Shown here piece by piece: positions 39,775 to 48,753 of a stretch of 64,000 nucleotides of DNA. Numbering within the stretch: position 1 is the stretch's first letter; each line of letters begins with the position of its first letter. The notes under the pieces are model-generated. The model did no database searches. It was not told where the DNA came from and saw only the letters and a program-made list of their open reading frames with translations. The translations under genes and the position numbers were made by a program. The DNA lies in the NCBI GenBank assembly GCA_049296775.1, contig JBAQTB010000001.1:288992-352991 (forward strand). Reading direction: 5' to 3'. The DNA is from Patescibacteria group bacterium (GTDB lineage: Bacteria > Patescibacteriota > Patescibacteriia > UBA9934).

Positions 39775-39851
39775 TGGTGGGTGTGGATGGATTCGAACCA
39801 TCGACCTCTTCCTTATCAGAGAAACGCTCTAACCAACTGAGCTACACACCC
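39775..39851 (-). tRNA. tRNA-Ile (anticodon GAT)
   Basis: Reverse complement is GGGTGTGTAGCTCAGTTGGTTAGAGC G TTTCT CTGATAA GGAAG ... GGTTCGAATCC ... CACACCC A CCA. Confidence 0.85.
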
Positions 39852-39934
39852 AAAATGTCAAAGAATAACGAGGATATAGTAATGCTAAAATGGGGTATCG
39901 TCAAGCGTGCAGTAGCTTGCTATAATGCTCAGGT

Positions 39935-40891
39935 ATGTTTTCAAATATCCACAAATTTACTAGCTTAGCCTTATTGTGCGCCGTGGGCCTAGGCCTGGCG
40001 CCACAAGTACGTGCTGTTGACCTATACGCTAATGAGGCCGTAGCCTACTCCTTTGCCGATCTCTGGAGTCCGCAGAATGCCGTAGGGGCCCCAGACCAGT
40101 TGTATACGGACTTCAGAAGCGCGAATACGTATGTGAAGCTAGATATGGGCGAGGGTGAAGAGGGTCGAGATGGTGTGACCTTATTTTTTCAATCTTTGCA
40201 GTACGGAGCCAGGGTAGTCGTAACTTTCTATTCAGTGGACAATGTGATCGTGGGCACTGCGAATACTTTGTTTACTCCTGGTCAGGTGGAGTGGACCGCC
40301 AGCTACTTCGGTGAGGAATCATTCCGATACGTGAAGATTGAGTCGCCTGAATCTGAGCAGTGGAAATTGGATGCCATCCAGGCTTCAGCCATTAGTACCC
40401 CCGTAGCTGATGAAGAGCCAGTGGTGGACGAGCCGGTGGTTGATGAAGAACCTGTAGCAGAAGAGGAGAGTGATTCGAATAAGCTAATTAAATTAGCCTC
40501 AAGTGATGCCGTGTACGTGATCGGGGATGACGGTAAACGCCACCCGTTCCCGAATGAAGTAACTTTTACGTCCTGGGGATACTCGTTTGCTGATGTAGAA
40601 ACGGTTGACTCGACGACCATGGCTAGCTATTTGATTGGTGGCAGTGTCACGGTGAAGCCTGGTACGTATTTGGTGAAAATTCAGAGCGTGCCCAAGGTGT
40701 ATGCTGTGGCACCAAACCGGACATTACGCTGGATTTATACTGAGGATATCGCCATTGAATTGTTTGGGGAGCAGTGGGCTAGCGAGGTGATTGATGTCTC
40801 TGATGCCTTTTGGCCAGATTATCAATCAGGAGAATTGATTAACTCCGCCTCAGATTTAGTGGGTTGGGAAACAGAAACGCAGCCGTTTTAA
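39935..40891 (+). CDS. Secreted hypothetical protein with signal peptide and acidic PVVDE repeats
   Basis: The N-terminus FTSLALLCAVGLGLAPQVRA is followed by a cleavage-like AVD. The central acidic repeat is PVADEEPVVDEPVVDEEPVAEEE. Confidence 0.5.
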   Translation: MFSNIHKFTSLALLCAVGLGLAPQVRAVDLYANEAVAYSFADLWSPQNAVGAPDQLYTDFRSANTYVKLDMGEGEEGRDGVTLFFQSLQYGARVVVTFYSVDNVIVGTANTLFTPGQVEWTASYFGEESFRYVKIESPESEQWKLDAIQASAISTPVADEEPVVDEPVVDEEPVAEEESDSNKLIKLASSDAVYVIGDDGKRHPFPNEVTFTSWGYSFADVETVDSTTMASYLIGGSVTVKPGTYLVKIQSVPKVYAVAPNRTLRWIYTEDIAIELFGEQWASEVIDVSDAFWPDYQSGELINSASDLVGWETETQPF

Positions 40892-40997
40892 GCTGGTAAT
40901 ATCAACGATTATGACCGGCTCTTCAGGGGCCGGTCTTGATTTTTACGCGATTTTGTGCTATTATTTAATGTCCCTTAACTCAGTATCTGGAGGTTGA

Positions 40998-41222
40998 ATG
41001 ACGATTGATAAGGTGATGACGAAAGATGAAAAGGCACAAGCGCAGCTTCGGTTGCAGGATCAGTCTTACCTGAAGCTGGTGGGCTTGCTGGCGCTATTAC
41101 TCGGGCTAACGCTCGTGCCGGACTGCTTACCATTCGTGGACGAGGCGATTCTCGTGGCGATGAGTGTGCCGGTTCAGATGGCGATTGTTCGTAAGTTTTT
41201 GACGGACATTGGTCTTCTCTAG
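40998..41222 (+). CDS. Small hypothetical protein (one TM helix)
   Basis: 74 aa, with GGAGG 6 nt upstream of the ATG. No homology recognised. Confidence 0.25.
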   Translation: MTIDKVMTKDEKAQAQLRLQDQSYLKLVGLLALLLGLTLVPDCLPFVDEAILVAMSVPVQMAIVRKFLTDIGLL

Positions 41223-41352
41223 GGGCTGGCTGGGTGCATCTGCATTCGGCCGGCCACGTTTCTTTACTTATTCTAGGAATTTGCCTAAAATATCCCCTTG
41301 GGGTATTATTTGGCCGCACAAGTCTAGCGGATTTATTGAGTGTTAAGAGTAT

Positions 41353-41428
41353 CGGGCTGTGGCGCAGTTGGTAGCGCGGCTGGTTTGGGACCAGCAGGTC
41401 GCAGGTTCGAGCCCTGTCGGCCCGACCA
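41353..41428 (+). tRNA. tRNA-Pro (anticodon TGG)
   Basis: CGGGCTG T G GCGC AGTTGGTA GCGC G GCTGG TTTGGGA CCAGC AGGTC GCAGG TTCGAGC CCTGT CGGCCCG A CCA. Confidence 0.85.
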
Positions 41429-41430
41429 CA

Positions 41431-41462
41431 AAAAGCATGACTTCGGTCATGCTTTTTGTGTT
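41431..41462 (+). terminator. Terminator after tRNA-Pro
   Basis: aaaaagcatgac ttcg gtcatgcttttt. Confidence 0.55.
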
Positions 41463-41517
41463 TACAGCCGAAGCAGGCCAATAGTTTGGCCTGCGGCATG
41501 GTCGTTACAGCGTATTT

Positions 41518-42186
41518 TTGATGACGTGCTACAATCACATTATGAAATACCCGTCAGTGACGATGGAATTGCAGATGGTAGCTGGGGGATATCCGGTGGT
41601 GATTGGAGTTGATGAAGCGGGGAGAGGGTGTTTGGCGGGGCCGGTAATCGCGGCGGCGGTGGTGTTTGAATGGGGGAGTGAGATGCAGAAAGCGCGACGT
41701 GAGCTGAAAAAGCTCGTGCGGGACAGTAAATTGTTGCCACGTGAGACCCGCAGAGAAGCTAATGCTCTTATTCGGGCGCATGCTCAGGCTTTTGCGATTG
41801 GCTCCAGTGAGGCGGATGAGATCGACCGGATCAATATTCTCCAAGCGACGTTTGTGGCTATGAATCAGGCGGTGAGCAGAGTAAAAGAGCAGTTGCCGAC
41901 TCAGGATATGTTTATTTTGGTGGACGGTAATAAGACCATCCCGGGTGTTGGAGGGATGCAGGAGGCAATTATTGATGGCGATGCCAAGATTTTTACCATT
42001 GCGGCAGCTTCGATTATTGCTAAGGAGCACCGGGATAGCCTCATGGAGAAGGTGCATGAGATGTATCCTCAGTATAATTTTGCTAAACACAAAGGTTACG
42101 GCACCCTAGAACACCGCCGAGCCATTGAACAACACGGCATGTCGCCCGTCCATCGTCTAACCTTTACCGTAAAGAATACCCGGTGA
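41518..42186 (+). CDS. rnhB: Ribonuclease HII
   Basis: VVIGVDEAGRGCLAGPV catalytic DEAGRG motif; DSKLL; EIDRINILQAT. The start is uncertain; the Met at 41578 is plausible. Confidence 0.85.
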   Translation: MMTCYNHIMKYPSVTMELQMVAGGYPVVIGVDEAGRGCLAGPVIAAAVVFEWGSEMQKARRELKKLVRDSKLLPRETRREANALIRAHAQAFAIGSSEADEIDRINILQATFVAMNQAVSRVKEQLPTQDMFILVDGNKTIPGVGGMQEAIIDGDAKIFTIAAASIIAKEHRDSLMEKVHEMYPQYNFAKHKGYGTLEHRRAIEQHGMSPVHRLTFTVKNTR

Positions 42187-42306
42187 GACTTGTATTTTTA
42201 TTATAATTGAGGTACATTCATTGGTCCTAGCAATAGGATAAATGACTAACCTTGGGCCTGGACATAGTGTCTGGGTGTGGGGGTTGGCCAATTTGCGAGG
42301 TGTTAG

Positions 42307-42951
42307 ATGAGCAGCAAAAATGTGTCCTGGATGGCGATGCTTGGTCAGGTGTCCAACTTTTTGGCGGTACTTTTGAAGGCCGTGGAGGAGATGGGCGGTT
42401 CCGAGGCCGATCTGAACGTCGCATCGGCCAATCTCACGAAGATGCGTGATCTGGCCGCTCACATCATGGGCATGCCTTGTACGCTGGCCCCGGTCACGAT
42501 TTTCGTGACCATAGTCCGGTACGTTATACCGAGCTTCGATGAATTGCAGCGTCAGTTCGATCGGGTGGATCTAGGGTTCGATCGAGCGCAATTCGATTCC
42601 GTCGACGAATGCAAGAATGTTGGAACCGTCACTCGCCAGCGTCAGTTCGTCTACATTCATCTGGGACGCCACGCCTCGGATGCCGAAGTGCTGGCCGAGC
42701 ACAAGCTTCGGGGGGTTCGTCCAGCCACCGTCCATGAGCTCTTGGCACATGCAGCTAATCGGCCCGATGATCAATATGAGTTTACGATCGTGGCCTTGGG
42801 CTCGGTCGTGGTTGACGGGAAAAACCGCCGTGTCGCGCTCCTGCATGGCGATACTCGTGGTCGAGCTCTTGTTCTGTTTCCGATGGACTACGGTGGTTGG
42901 CACGGAGACTACCGGTTTCTCGCCGTTCTCGAGGCGCCGATGGCCATTTAG
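42307..42951 (+). CDS. Hypothetical protein, GC-rich, paralog of the 26358 gene
   Basis: 214 aa. VHELLAHAANRPDDQYEF...KNRRVALL aligns with TSELLAHAAQYSFQV...HRRNLVLV of the 26358 product. Visibly GC-richer than the flanking rnhB and sufB. Confidence 0.45.
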   Translation: MSSKNVSWMAMLGQVSNFLAVLLKAVEEMGGSEADLNVASANLTKMRDLAAHIMGMPCTLAPVTIFVTIVRYVIPSFDELQRQFDRVDLGFDRAQFDSVDECKNVGTVTRQRQFVYIHLGRHASDAEVLAEHKLRGVRPATVHELLAHAANRPDDQYEFTIVALGSVVVDGKNRRVALLHGDTRGRALVLFPMDYGGWHGDYRFLAVLEAPMAI

Positions 42952-43124
42952 TCCTCGGCGTTGGCCTTGGGCTCTTGGTCGGGTCGTGACGTACACGGCC
43001 TGACCGCACGAACCGTCTTCATGCGCGTGCATGGGACGGTTCTTCTTTTTTAGACTTCACGAACGGGGGCTTTTTAGGTAGGCTAGACGTCTTCCTTGGT
43101 CTTATGTGACCAGGGGCAGGGACT

Positions 43125-44507
43125 ATGCCAATTTCTAGGGAGGTTTTTGAAAATGCATCAGAACATGAGCCTAAGTTTAAGGCTCCGTTTGGGTTAAGTC
43201 GAGAGACGATTATCGATATTTCAACGCAAAAAGGTGAGCCAGATTGGATGTTAGACAAGCGGTTGCGGGCTTTTGAGTTTTTTGAAAAAGCTCCCATGCC
43301 AGGCTGGGGACCGTCACTAGCTGGCCTCGACCTTAAGGCGATTACATATTTTGTACGACCAGATACGGCGGAGTCTAAAACCTGGGCGGAGGTGCCGGAG
43401 GAGATTAGGGAGACGTTTGAGAAGCTGGGTATTCCAGAGGCGGAGCGTGAGGCGCTCGGGGGAGTGGGGGCACAGTATGACTCTGACATGGTGTATCACA
43501 ATTTGAAGGCGGAGTTGTCTGCCAAGGGGGTGATTTTTGAGAACATGGACGTGGCGGTGCGGGAACACGCGGAGCTGGTTAAGGAGTATTTCATGACCCA
43601 GTGTGTGCCTATTCATGATCATAAGTTTGCCATGTTGCATGCGGCGGTATGGAGTGGTGGCACGTTTATTTATGTGCCTAAAGGTGTCCAGGTCGACATT
43701 CCTCTGCAGGCGTATTTCCGGATGAACACGGAACGGGGTGGACAGTTTGAACACACGTTGATTATTGCGGATGAAGGGAGTGATGTACATTACATTGAAG
43801 GTTGCTCGGCGCCTAAGTTTCAGGCCGCGGCGTTGCATGCGGGCTGTGTGGAGATTTTTGTGAAACCAGGGGCTAGAGTGCGGTATTCAAGTATCGAAAA
43901 TTGGAGTAAGAATACGTTCAATTTGAACACTAAACGAGCTGTGGTTGATGCCGGCGGCCGGATTGAATGGTTGAATGGGAATATGGGGAGTGGTACCACC
44001 ATGCTGTACCCGATGAGTGTGTTGCGTGGGAGGGGTGCCAAGAGTGATTACCTAGGGATTGCCTTTGCTGGCCCGTTACAACATCAGGATACCGGTCATA
44101 AGCTGGCGATAGTGGCGCCGGAGTGTGCGGCTACGGTGTTATCTAAGAGTATTTCTGGCGGCGGCGGAAGATCGACCTACCGCGGCATCGTGAAGGTGAC
44201 AGCTGGGGCGGAAAGAGCTAAAGTGAGGGTTCAATGTGACGCGTTAATGCTAGATGGCGCCTCAAGTTCAACCACGATTCCGGTCATGCGCGTAGAGAAC
44301 GAGAGTGCGAGTGTGGCGCATGAGGCGTCAGTGGGTCGATTAGGTGAAAAAGAGCTGTTTTATTTGCAGTGTTTGGGCCTGACTGAACAGGCGGCGGTGA
44401 GAATGTTGGTGGCCGGTTTTTTGGAGCCAGTGGTTAAGGAATTGCCGCTCGAGTACGCGGTGGAGTTAGTGAAGTTGATTGAATTAGAGATGGAGAGTGT
44501 GGGTTAG
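43125..44507 (+). CDS. sufB: Fe-S cluster assembly protein SufB
   Basis: HTLIIADEGSDVHYIEGCSAP and the C-terminal ...ELPLEYAVEL; about 460 aa. Confidence 0.9.
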   Translation: MPISREVFENASEHEPKFKAPFGLSRETIIDISTQKGEPDWMLDKRLRAFEFFEKAPMPGWGPSLAGLDLKAITYFVRPDTAESKTWAEVPEEIRETFEKLGIPEAEREALGGVGAQYDSDMVYHNLKAELSAKGVIFENMDVAVREHAELVKEYFMTQCVPIHDHKFAMLHAAVWSGGTFIYVPKGVQVDIPLQAYFRMNTERGGQFEHTLIIADEGSDVHYIEGCSAPKFQAAALHAGCVEIFVKPGARVRYSSIENWSKNTFNLNTKRAVVDAGGRIEWLNGNMGSGTTMLYPMSVLRGRGAKSDYLGIAFAGPLQHQDTGHKLAIVAPECAATVLSKSISGGGGRSTYRGIVKVTAGAERAKVRVQCDALMLDGASSSTTIPVMRVENESASVAHEASVGRLGEKELFYLQCLGLTEQAAVRMLVAGFLEPVVKELPLEYAVELVKLIELEMESVG

Positions 44508-45321
44508 TATGCAGACACAAGCGAATGCAGTATCGACTAGATTGATCCCGCTATCAGAAGATAGCCGGTTGAGTTTGGCGTTGCCGCGAGAGTTGCGGGT
44601 CATGGCTGGTGAGACGCATGTGTGGGATGAGGTGACTGTGATTGCGCGGGGGGAGCGGAGGGTGATTAGTTTGGATGTGCAGCTGGAGGCGGGGGCCGTG
44701 GGTCAGATGACGAGGATCTTTGAAGTGCCGGAAGGGGCGCGATTGCATATTTTTCACCAGGTGCAATTGGAGGCGGGGGCGAGTTGGCAAAATGCCTTGT
44801 GCATCCGGGGGAGTGGCGAGGTAACCATTCGTCGAGCTATAAAAGTATCCGGAAATGGAGCGCGAGTAGCTTTGGCCTGTGCGGCAGTCATGGATAAAAA
44901 GAGCCATATTTCCGTGGCGGATGAAGTGTTTGTCGAGTCCCCAAATGTGCAAGCCAAGGTCGACACAAAAATTGTGCTCAAGCAGGCGGCTAAATCTGAG
45001 GTCAGGGCTAGGCAAGTTGTTGGTCATGAGGCGCGGGGGAGTTTGGCTTACGAACGCGTGGGTCATTTGCTGTTAAGCCCTCAGGCCGTGGCGGCGTGTA
45101 TTCCAGAATTGGAAGTGAAGACAGATGAAGTGGAGTGTGGTCATGCGGCAACTTTTAGTGAGCCGGATGAAGCTGAGATTTTTTATTTGATGAGCCGGGG
45201 GCTGATTAGAGAGGTGGCCCTAGGAGTTGTGGCCAGAGGTTTTGTGAATGCGGCTTTGAGTGCGGTGACTGAGCCGTGGCGAGAGAAGGCTAGTCAGGTG
45301 TTATTTGCGGATTATGTTTAA
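44497..45321 (+). CDS. sufD: Fe-S cluster assembly protein SufD
   Basis: SufB/SufD beta-helix family. The C-terminus is EVECGHAATFSEPDEAEIFYLMSRGL. It overlaps the sufB stop. Confidence 0.75.
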   Translation: MWVSMQTQANAVSTRLIPLSEDSRLSLALPRELRVMAGETHVWDEVTVIARGERRVISLDVQLEAGAVGQMTRIFEVPEGARLHIFHQVQLEAGASWQNALCIRGSGEVTIRRAIKVSGNGARVALACAAVMDKKSHISVADEVFVESPNVQAKVDTKIVLKQAAKSEVRARQVVGHEARGSLAYERVGHLLLSPQAVAACIPELEVKTDEVECGHAATFSEPDEAEIFYLMSRGLIREVALGVVARGFVNAALSAVTEPWREKASQVLFADYV

Positions 45322-46516
45322 CGTCCAAAAGATTAAACGCGATTTCCCGGCTTTGAGAGCAGGGGGAGTGTATTTGGATAATGCCGCTACCACTCAGATG
45401 CCGGAGGTGGTCTGGGAAAGTATGCAGGCGTATTTAGTGGCGGGTAGAGGTAATCCGCACCGCGGTTTGCACGCTTGGGCTGAACGAGCCTCAGGGGCGT
45501 TGCAGGAGTCCCGGAGACAGGTGGCGGCTTTGCTTGGAGCTGAGCCAGACGAGTTGCTGTTTACTAAAAGTGCCACCGAGGGACTGAATTTATTAGCGAC
45601 ATCTTTAGCGGCACATTTGGGTCCAGGTGACGAAGTTTTACTGAGCATTTTTGAGCACCACGCAAATTTGTTGCCGTGGCGAGAGTTGGCTAAACGTCAG
45701 GGTTTTAGTCTGCGGTATATGCCCATGGCGCAGGACGGATCGGTGGATCTCGACCTTGTAAAGGGTATGGTGACGGCGGCTACCAAGGTGATCTCGATCA
45801 CGTACGCATCAAATGTTTTGGGGGTAATTTTGCCAGTGGCTGAGATTACCCGTTTAGGTCATGCGGTGGGGGCGTTGGTGATTGTGGATGCGGCGCAAGT
45901 AGTTGGGCATGTACCCGTTGATGTTAAGATTCTTGGTTGTGATGCGCTAGTTTTTGGTGCTCATAAAATGTACGGGCCGGATGGCGTGGGGGCGGTGTAT
46001 GTGAACGGTAATTTGAGGAAGATGCTGAAGCCGTTTCTGTATGGCGGCGGGATGGTGACGGAGGTTTTAGATGACGAGATTCATTATGCTGACGATCTCC
46101 GTTTATTTGAGGCGGGTAGCCCAAACGTGACCGGAGCAATTGGACTGGCAGCTGCTTGCAAGTATTTAATGTCACTCGGTTTAGCGGAGATTCAGCAGCA
46201 TGAAGCCGGGCTAACACAGGAGCTGATGGCTCGTTTGGTGGAGGTACCTGAGGTTAAGGTTTATGTTCCCAATCCTAAGTTTGGCAGGCTTGGTGTAGTG
46301 TCTATGAGTCTTGAGGGAGTACATTCGCATGATCTAGCGCAGGTGTTAGCTGACCAGGGGATTGCGGTTCGGGCTGGTTATCATTGCGCTGCGCCTTTGA
46401 CGAGATGTTTGAATGTCAGCGGCACCGTGAGAGTCAGTTTGGGTGTTTACAATGACCTAGCCGATATTGAGCAATTGGTGACGGGGATTGAAACGGGTTT
46501 GAAACGTTTGGTATGA
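45305..46516 (+). CDS. sufS: Cysteine desulfurase SufS (class V aminotransferase)
   Basis: YLDNAATTQ; GNPHRGLH; SAHKMYGPDGVG, where the PLP Lys lies in ...FGAHKMYGP; active-site HCAAP... near the C-terminus. Confidence 0.85.
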   Translation: MRIMFNVQKIKRDFPALRAGGVYLDNAATTQMPEVVWESMQAYLVAGRGNPHRGLHAWAERASGALQESRRQVAALLGAEPDELLFTKSATEGLNLLATSLAAHLGPGDEVLLSIFEHHANLLPWRELAKRQGFSLRYMPMAQDGSVDLDLVKGMVTAATKVISITYASNVLGVILPVAEITRLGHAVGALVIVDAAQVVGHVPVDVKILGCDALVFGAHKMYGPDGVGAVYVNGNLRKMLKPFLYGGGMVTEVLDDEIHYADDLRLFEAGSPNVTGAIGLAAACKYLMSLGLAEIQQHEAGLTQELMARLVEVPEVKVYVPNPKFGRLGVVSMSLEGVHSHDLAQVLADQGIAVRAGYHCAAPLTRCLNVSGTVRVSLGVYNDLADIEQLVTGIETGLKRLV

Positions 46517-46884
46517 GCGACATGTACCGGGAGCAATTATTAGAGCACGCCCGTAGCCCCCGTAATTACGGACGCTTAGAGGCGGGGGCGTTGACTTGTC
46601 ATCTAGCTAATCCGTCATGTGGTGACGTGATTGATGTGTTTATACGTTTGGATGCCGATCAGAGGATTGTCGAGGTGTCGTTCACTGGTCAGGGCTGTGT
46701 TATTAGTCAGGCCGCTACGTCAATTTTGCTAGAGAGTGTGCTAGGTAATCGGCTTGACGAAGCGGCGGGTATAGATCAGGCTAGGGTCCTGGAGTTGTTA
46801 GGCGTAATTCCTGGTCCGATGCGTATGAATTGTGCTTTGCTACCTCTCAAAGCCTTACAGAAAATTTATGTTGACTATAAGTAA
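46513..46884 (+). CDS. sufU: SufU/NifU-like sulfur acceptor
   Basis: NPSCGDVIDV and GQGCVISQA carry the conserved Cys pair of the SufU family. Confidence 0.8.
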   Translation: MSDMYREQLLEHARSPRNYGRLEAGALTCHLANPSCGDVIDVFIRLDADQRIVEVSFTGQGCVISQAATSILLESVLGNRLDEAAGIDQARVLELLGVIPGPMRMNCALLPLKALQKIYVDYK

Positions 46885-47542
46885 TTTGAGTGTGCAGCGG
46901 GCCGGCAAGTCAGTGTTGCTAGATTTTAGTTTGCAGCTAGCGGCAGGGGAGTTGGTGGCGGTCGTTGGTCCCAATGGTGTTGGTAAATCCACCTTGGCTT
47001 TGGCCTTGCTTGGGCATCCAGACTGCATGATTACGTCCGGGCAGGTAGATTTGGATGGCCAGGATTTGTTAAGTTTGAAAACTGCGGAGCGCGCTAAGCT
47101 GGGTTTATTTTTGGCGCATCAAGAGCCGCCAGCGATTGCGGGGGTGACTTTGGCGAGTGTCTTGCGGGCTGCGAGTGATGCCACTAGATCGACGCCTTGG
47201 AGTACGGCTGAATTTTTCGATAGGTTAAGGGCTGTGACTGTTAGATTAGGGCTTGGCACAGACTTTGTGAATAGAGATTTACATGTGGGGTTGTCTGGGG
47301 GAGAGAAGAAACGGGCCGAGCTCCTGGCACTGTTAGTCTTGCAGCCTAAGTATGCCATTTTGGATGAGATAGATGCGGGTATGGATACTGAGGCGCGTAC
47401 TTTGACTCAAGAAGTTTTGGCTGAGTTGCGTGCGGCGGGCACGGGCTGTTTGGTTATTTCTCATAATGAAAGTTTTATACATGGATTGAATGCGACTTGT
47501 CAGCTTTCACTCCAATCCTTAAGCGGGGATAAGCGTCTTTGA
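46868..47542 (+). CDS. sufC: Fe-S cluster assembly ATPase SufC
   Basis: GPNGVGKSTLA Walker A; LSGGEKKRAELL signature; ILDEIDAGMD Walker B. The ATG at 46868 is preferred over the ORF-track start at 46832. Confidence 0.9.
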   Translation: MLTISNLSVQRAGKSVLLDFSLQLAAGELVAVVGPNGVGKSTLALALLGHPDCMITSGQVDLDGQDLLSLKTAERAKLGLFLAHQEPPAIAGVTLASVLRAASDATRSTPWSTAEFFDRLRAVTVRLGLGTDFVNRDLHVGLSGGEKKRAELLALLVLQPKYAILDEIDAGMDTEARTLTQEVLAELRAAGTGCLVISHNESFIHGLNATCQLSLQSLSGDKRL

Positions 47543-47574
47543 TAAATCTTATAAGGAGCGTATATTTTTGCAGT

Positions 47575-47802
47575 ATGTCTGATTTTTCTAGAGAACAAAT
47601 AAACATTTTGACCTCAATTGTAGAAAGGGTTGTTGAAGCTAACAACCGCTCGCTCGAGAGATCTTTTGAGTCTAAGCTTGAAGCGAGTAATCGCTCGCTA
47701 GAGCGGTCGGTGGTGAAGGGCGTCTCGGGACTGGTGGATCGATCGATTGAAAGTGAGGGGAGAGATATTCGTGATTTTATTGAGCGCAAGCTTAAAACTT
47801 AG
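47575..47802 (+). CDS. Small helical protein, probable paralog family member 4 of 4
   Basis: 75 aa with the internal repeat NNRSLERSFESKLEASNRSLERS. It is positioned after sufC, as the other members are after ftsK, rpoC and trmD. Similarity to the others is weaker (the ANNRSLE motif aligns with VNNEQLI). Confidence 0.4.
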   Translation: MSDFSREQINILTSIVERVVEANNRSLERSFESKLEASNRSLERSVVKGVSGLVDRSIESEGRDIRDFIERKLKT

Positions 47803-47879
47803 GCGTAAGATTTGGCTAAGAAATAATTTGCACTCTCATGGGGAGTCTGCTAATATGAACAGGTAATCTTGTTTATATT

Positions 47880-48500
47880 ATGCAAAATTCTCCTAGGGCT
47901 GAACACTCTCAATATTTGATTCCAACCGTGATCGAGAAGACGAATTACGGCGAACGCGCTTACGATATTTACTCACGCCTACTGAAAGATCGCATTATCT
48001 TTTTGGGTACGGCGATTGATGATGGGGTGGCGAATGCGGTGATTGCTCAGTTGCTGTTTTTAGAGAGCCAAGACAAGGCTAAGGACATTAAGATTTACAT
48101 CAACAGTCCGGGTGGTTCGGTGTCAGCTGGTTTGGCGATTTATGACACCATGCAATACATCGGTCCAGATGTTTCTACTATCTGTGTGGGTATGGCAGCG
48201 TCGATGGGAGCGTTCTTATTGGCGGCTGGAGCTCCGGGCAAGCGTTTTGCTCTGCCAAATTCTGAGATCATGATTCACCAAGTGTTGGGTGGGGTTCAGG
48301 GTCAGGCGACAGATATTCAAATTCACGCAGAAAGAATTTTGCAGCTTAAAAAGACTTTGAATGAGCTGTTAGCGCATCATACTGGCCAGACCGTGACTAA
48401 GGTGACTGAAGATACTGAGCGCGATAACTTCATGGTGGCTAAGCAGGCTCAGAAGTACGGCTTGATCGATAAGGTCATTAGAAAGGCCTCCGAGACCTAG
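47880..48500 (+). CDS. clpP: ATP-dependent Clp protease proteolytic subunit
   Basis: [43 protein letters not shown] (active-site Ser) and MIHQVLGG (His). Confidence 0.9.
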   Translation: MQNSPRAEHSQYLIPTVIEKTNYGERAYDIYSRLLKDRIIFLGTAIDDGVANAVIAQLLFLESQDKAKDIKIYINSPGGSVSAGLAIYDTMQYIGPDVSTICVGMAASMGAFLLAAGAPGKRFALPNSEIMIHQVLGGVQGQATDIQIHAERILQLKKTLNELLAHHTGQTVTKVTEDTERDNFMVAKQAQKYGLIDKVIRKASET

Positions 48501-48718
48501 GTTTTGGCGGAAAGCTTGACGTATTGCGAATTACCAGGTAATTTACCCCCTTCGCTTGGGAGGGCTAGTAGCGAATCGGGGGGTCTGGTGAGCGCGATAC
48601 TGCGGTCACGACAAGCATGGGGATGTATGAGTTGTATTTCCTGGATCCGTCTGGGCAATCACAGCAAATGTATCTTCTTGACCGCAGTATCGCGAATATC
48701 AGCTGAGGTTAAGAAATA
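48501..48718 (+). ncRNA. Candidate structured ncRNA in the clpP-proximal intergenic region
   Basis: A 220-nt non-coding gap. CGCGATACTGCGGTC (about 48597) is the exact reverse complement of GACCGCAGTATCGCG (about 48680), closing a loop of about 68 nt. The strand is not determined. The 71-codon ORF at 48504..48719 has no coding-like features. Confidence 0.25.
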
Positions 48719-48752
48719 ATTAAAAAACAGAGCAAATTGCTCTGTTTTTTAA
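48719..48752. terminator. Bidirectional terminator
   Basis: aaaaaacagagcaa att gctctgtttttt. Confidence 0.6.
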
Positions 48753-48753
48753 G

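Noticed and set aside
41554-42090. 178-aa minus-strand ORF inside rnhB
   Set aside because: Antisense to a confidently identified RNase HII. No signals of its own.
43317-43838. 173-aa minus-strand ORF inside sufB
   Set aside because: Antisense shadow of sufB.
48504-48719. 71-aa ORF after clpP
   Set aside because: No RBS and odd composition. The region shows strong RNA-like long-range pairing, so it is treated as a candidate ncRNA or UTR.
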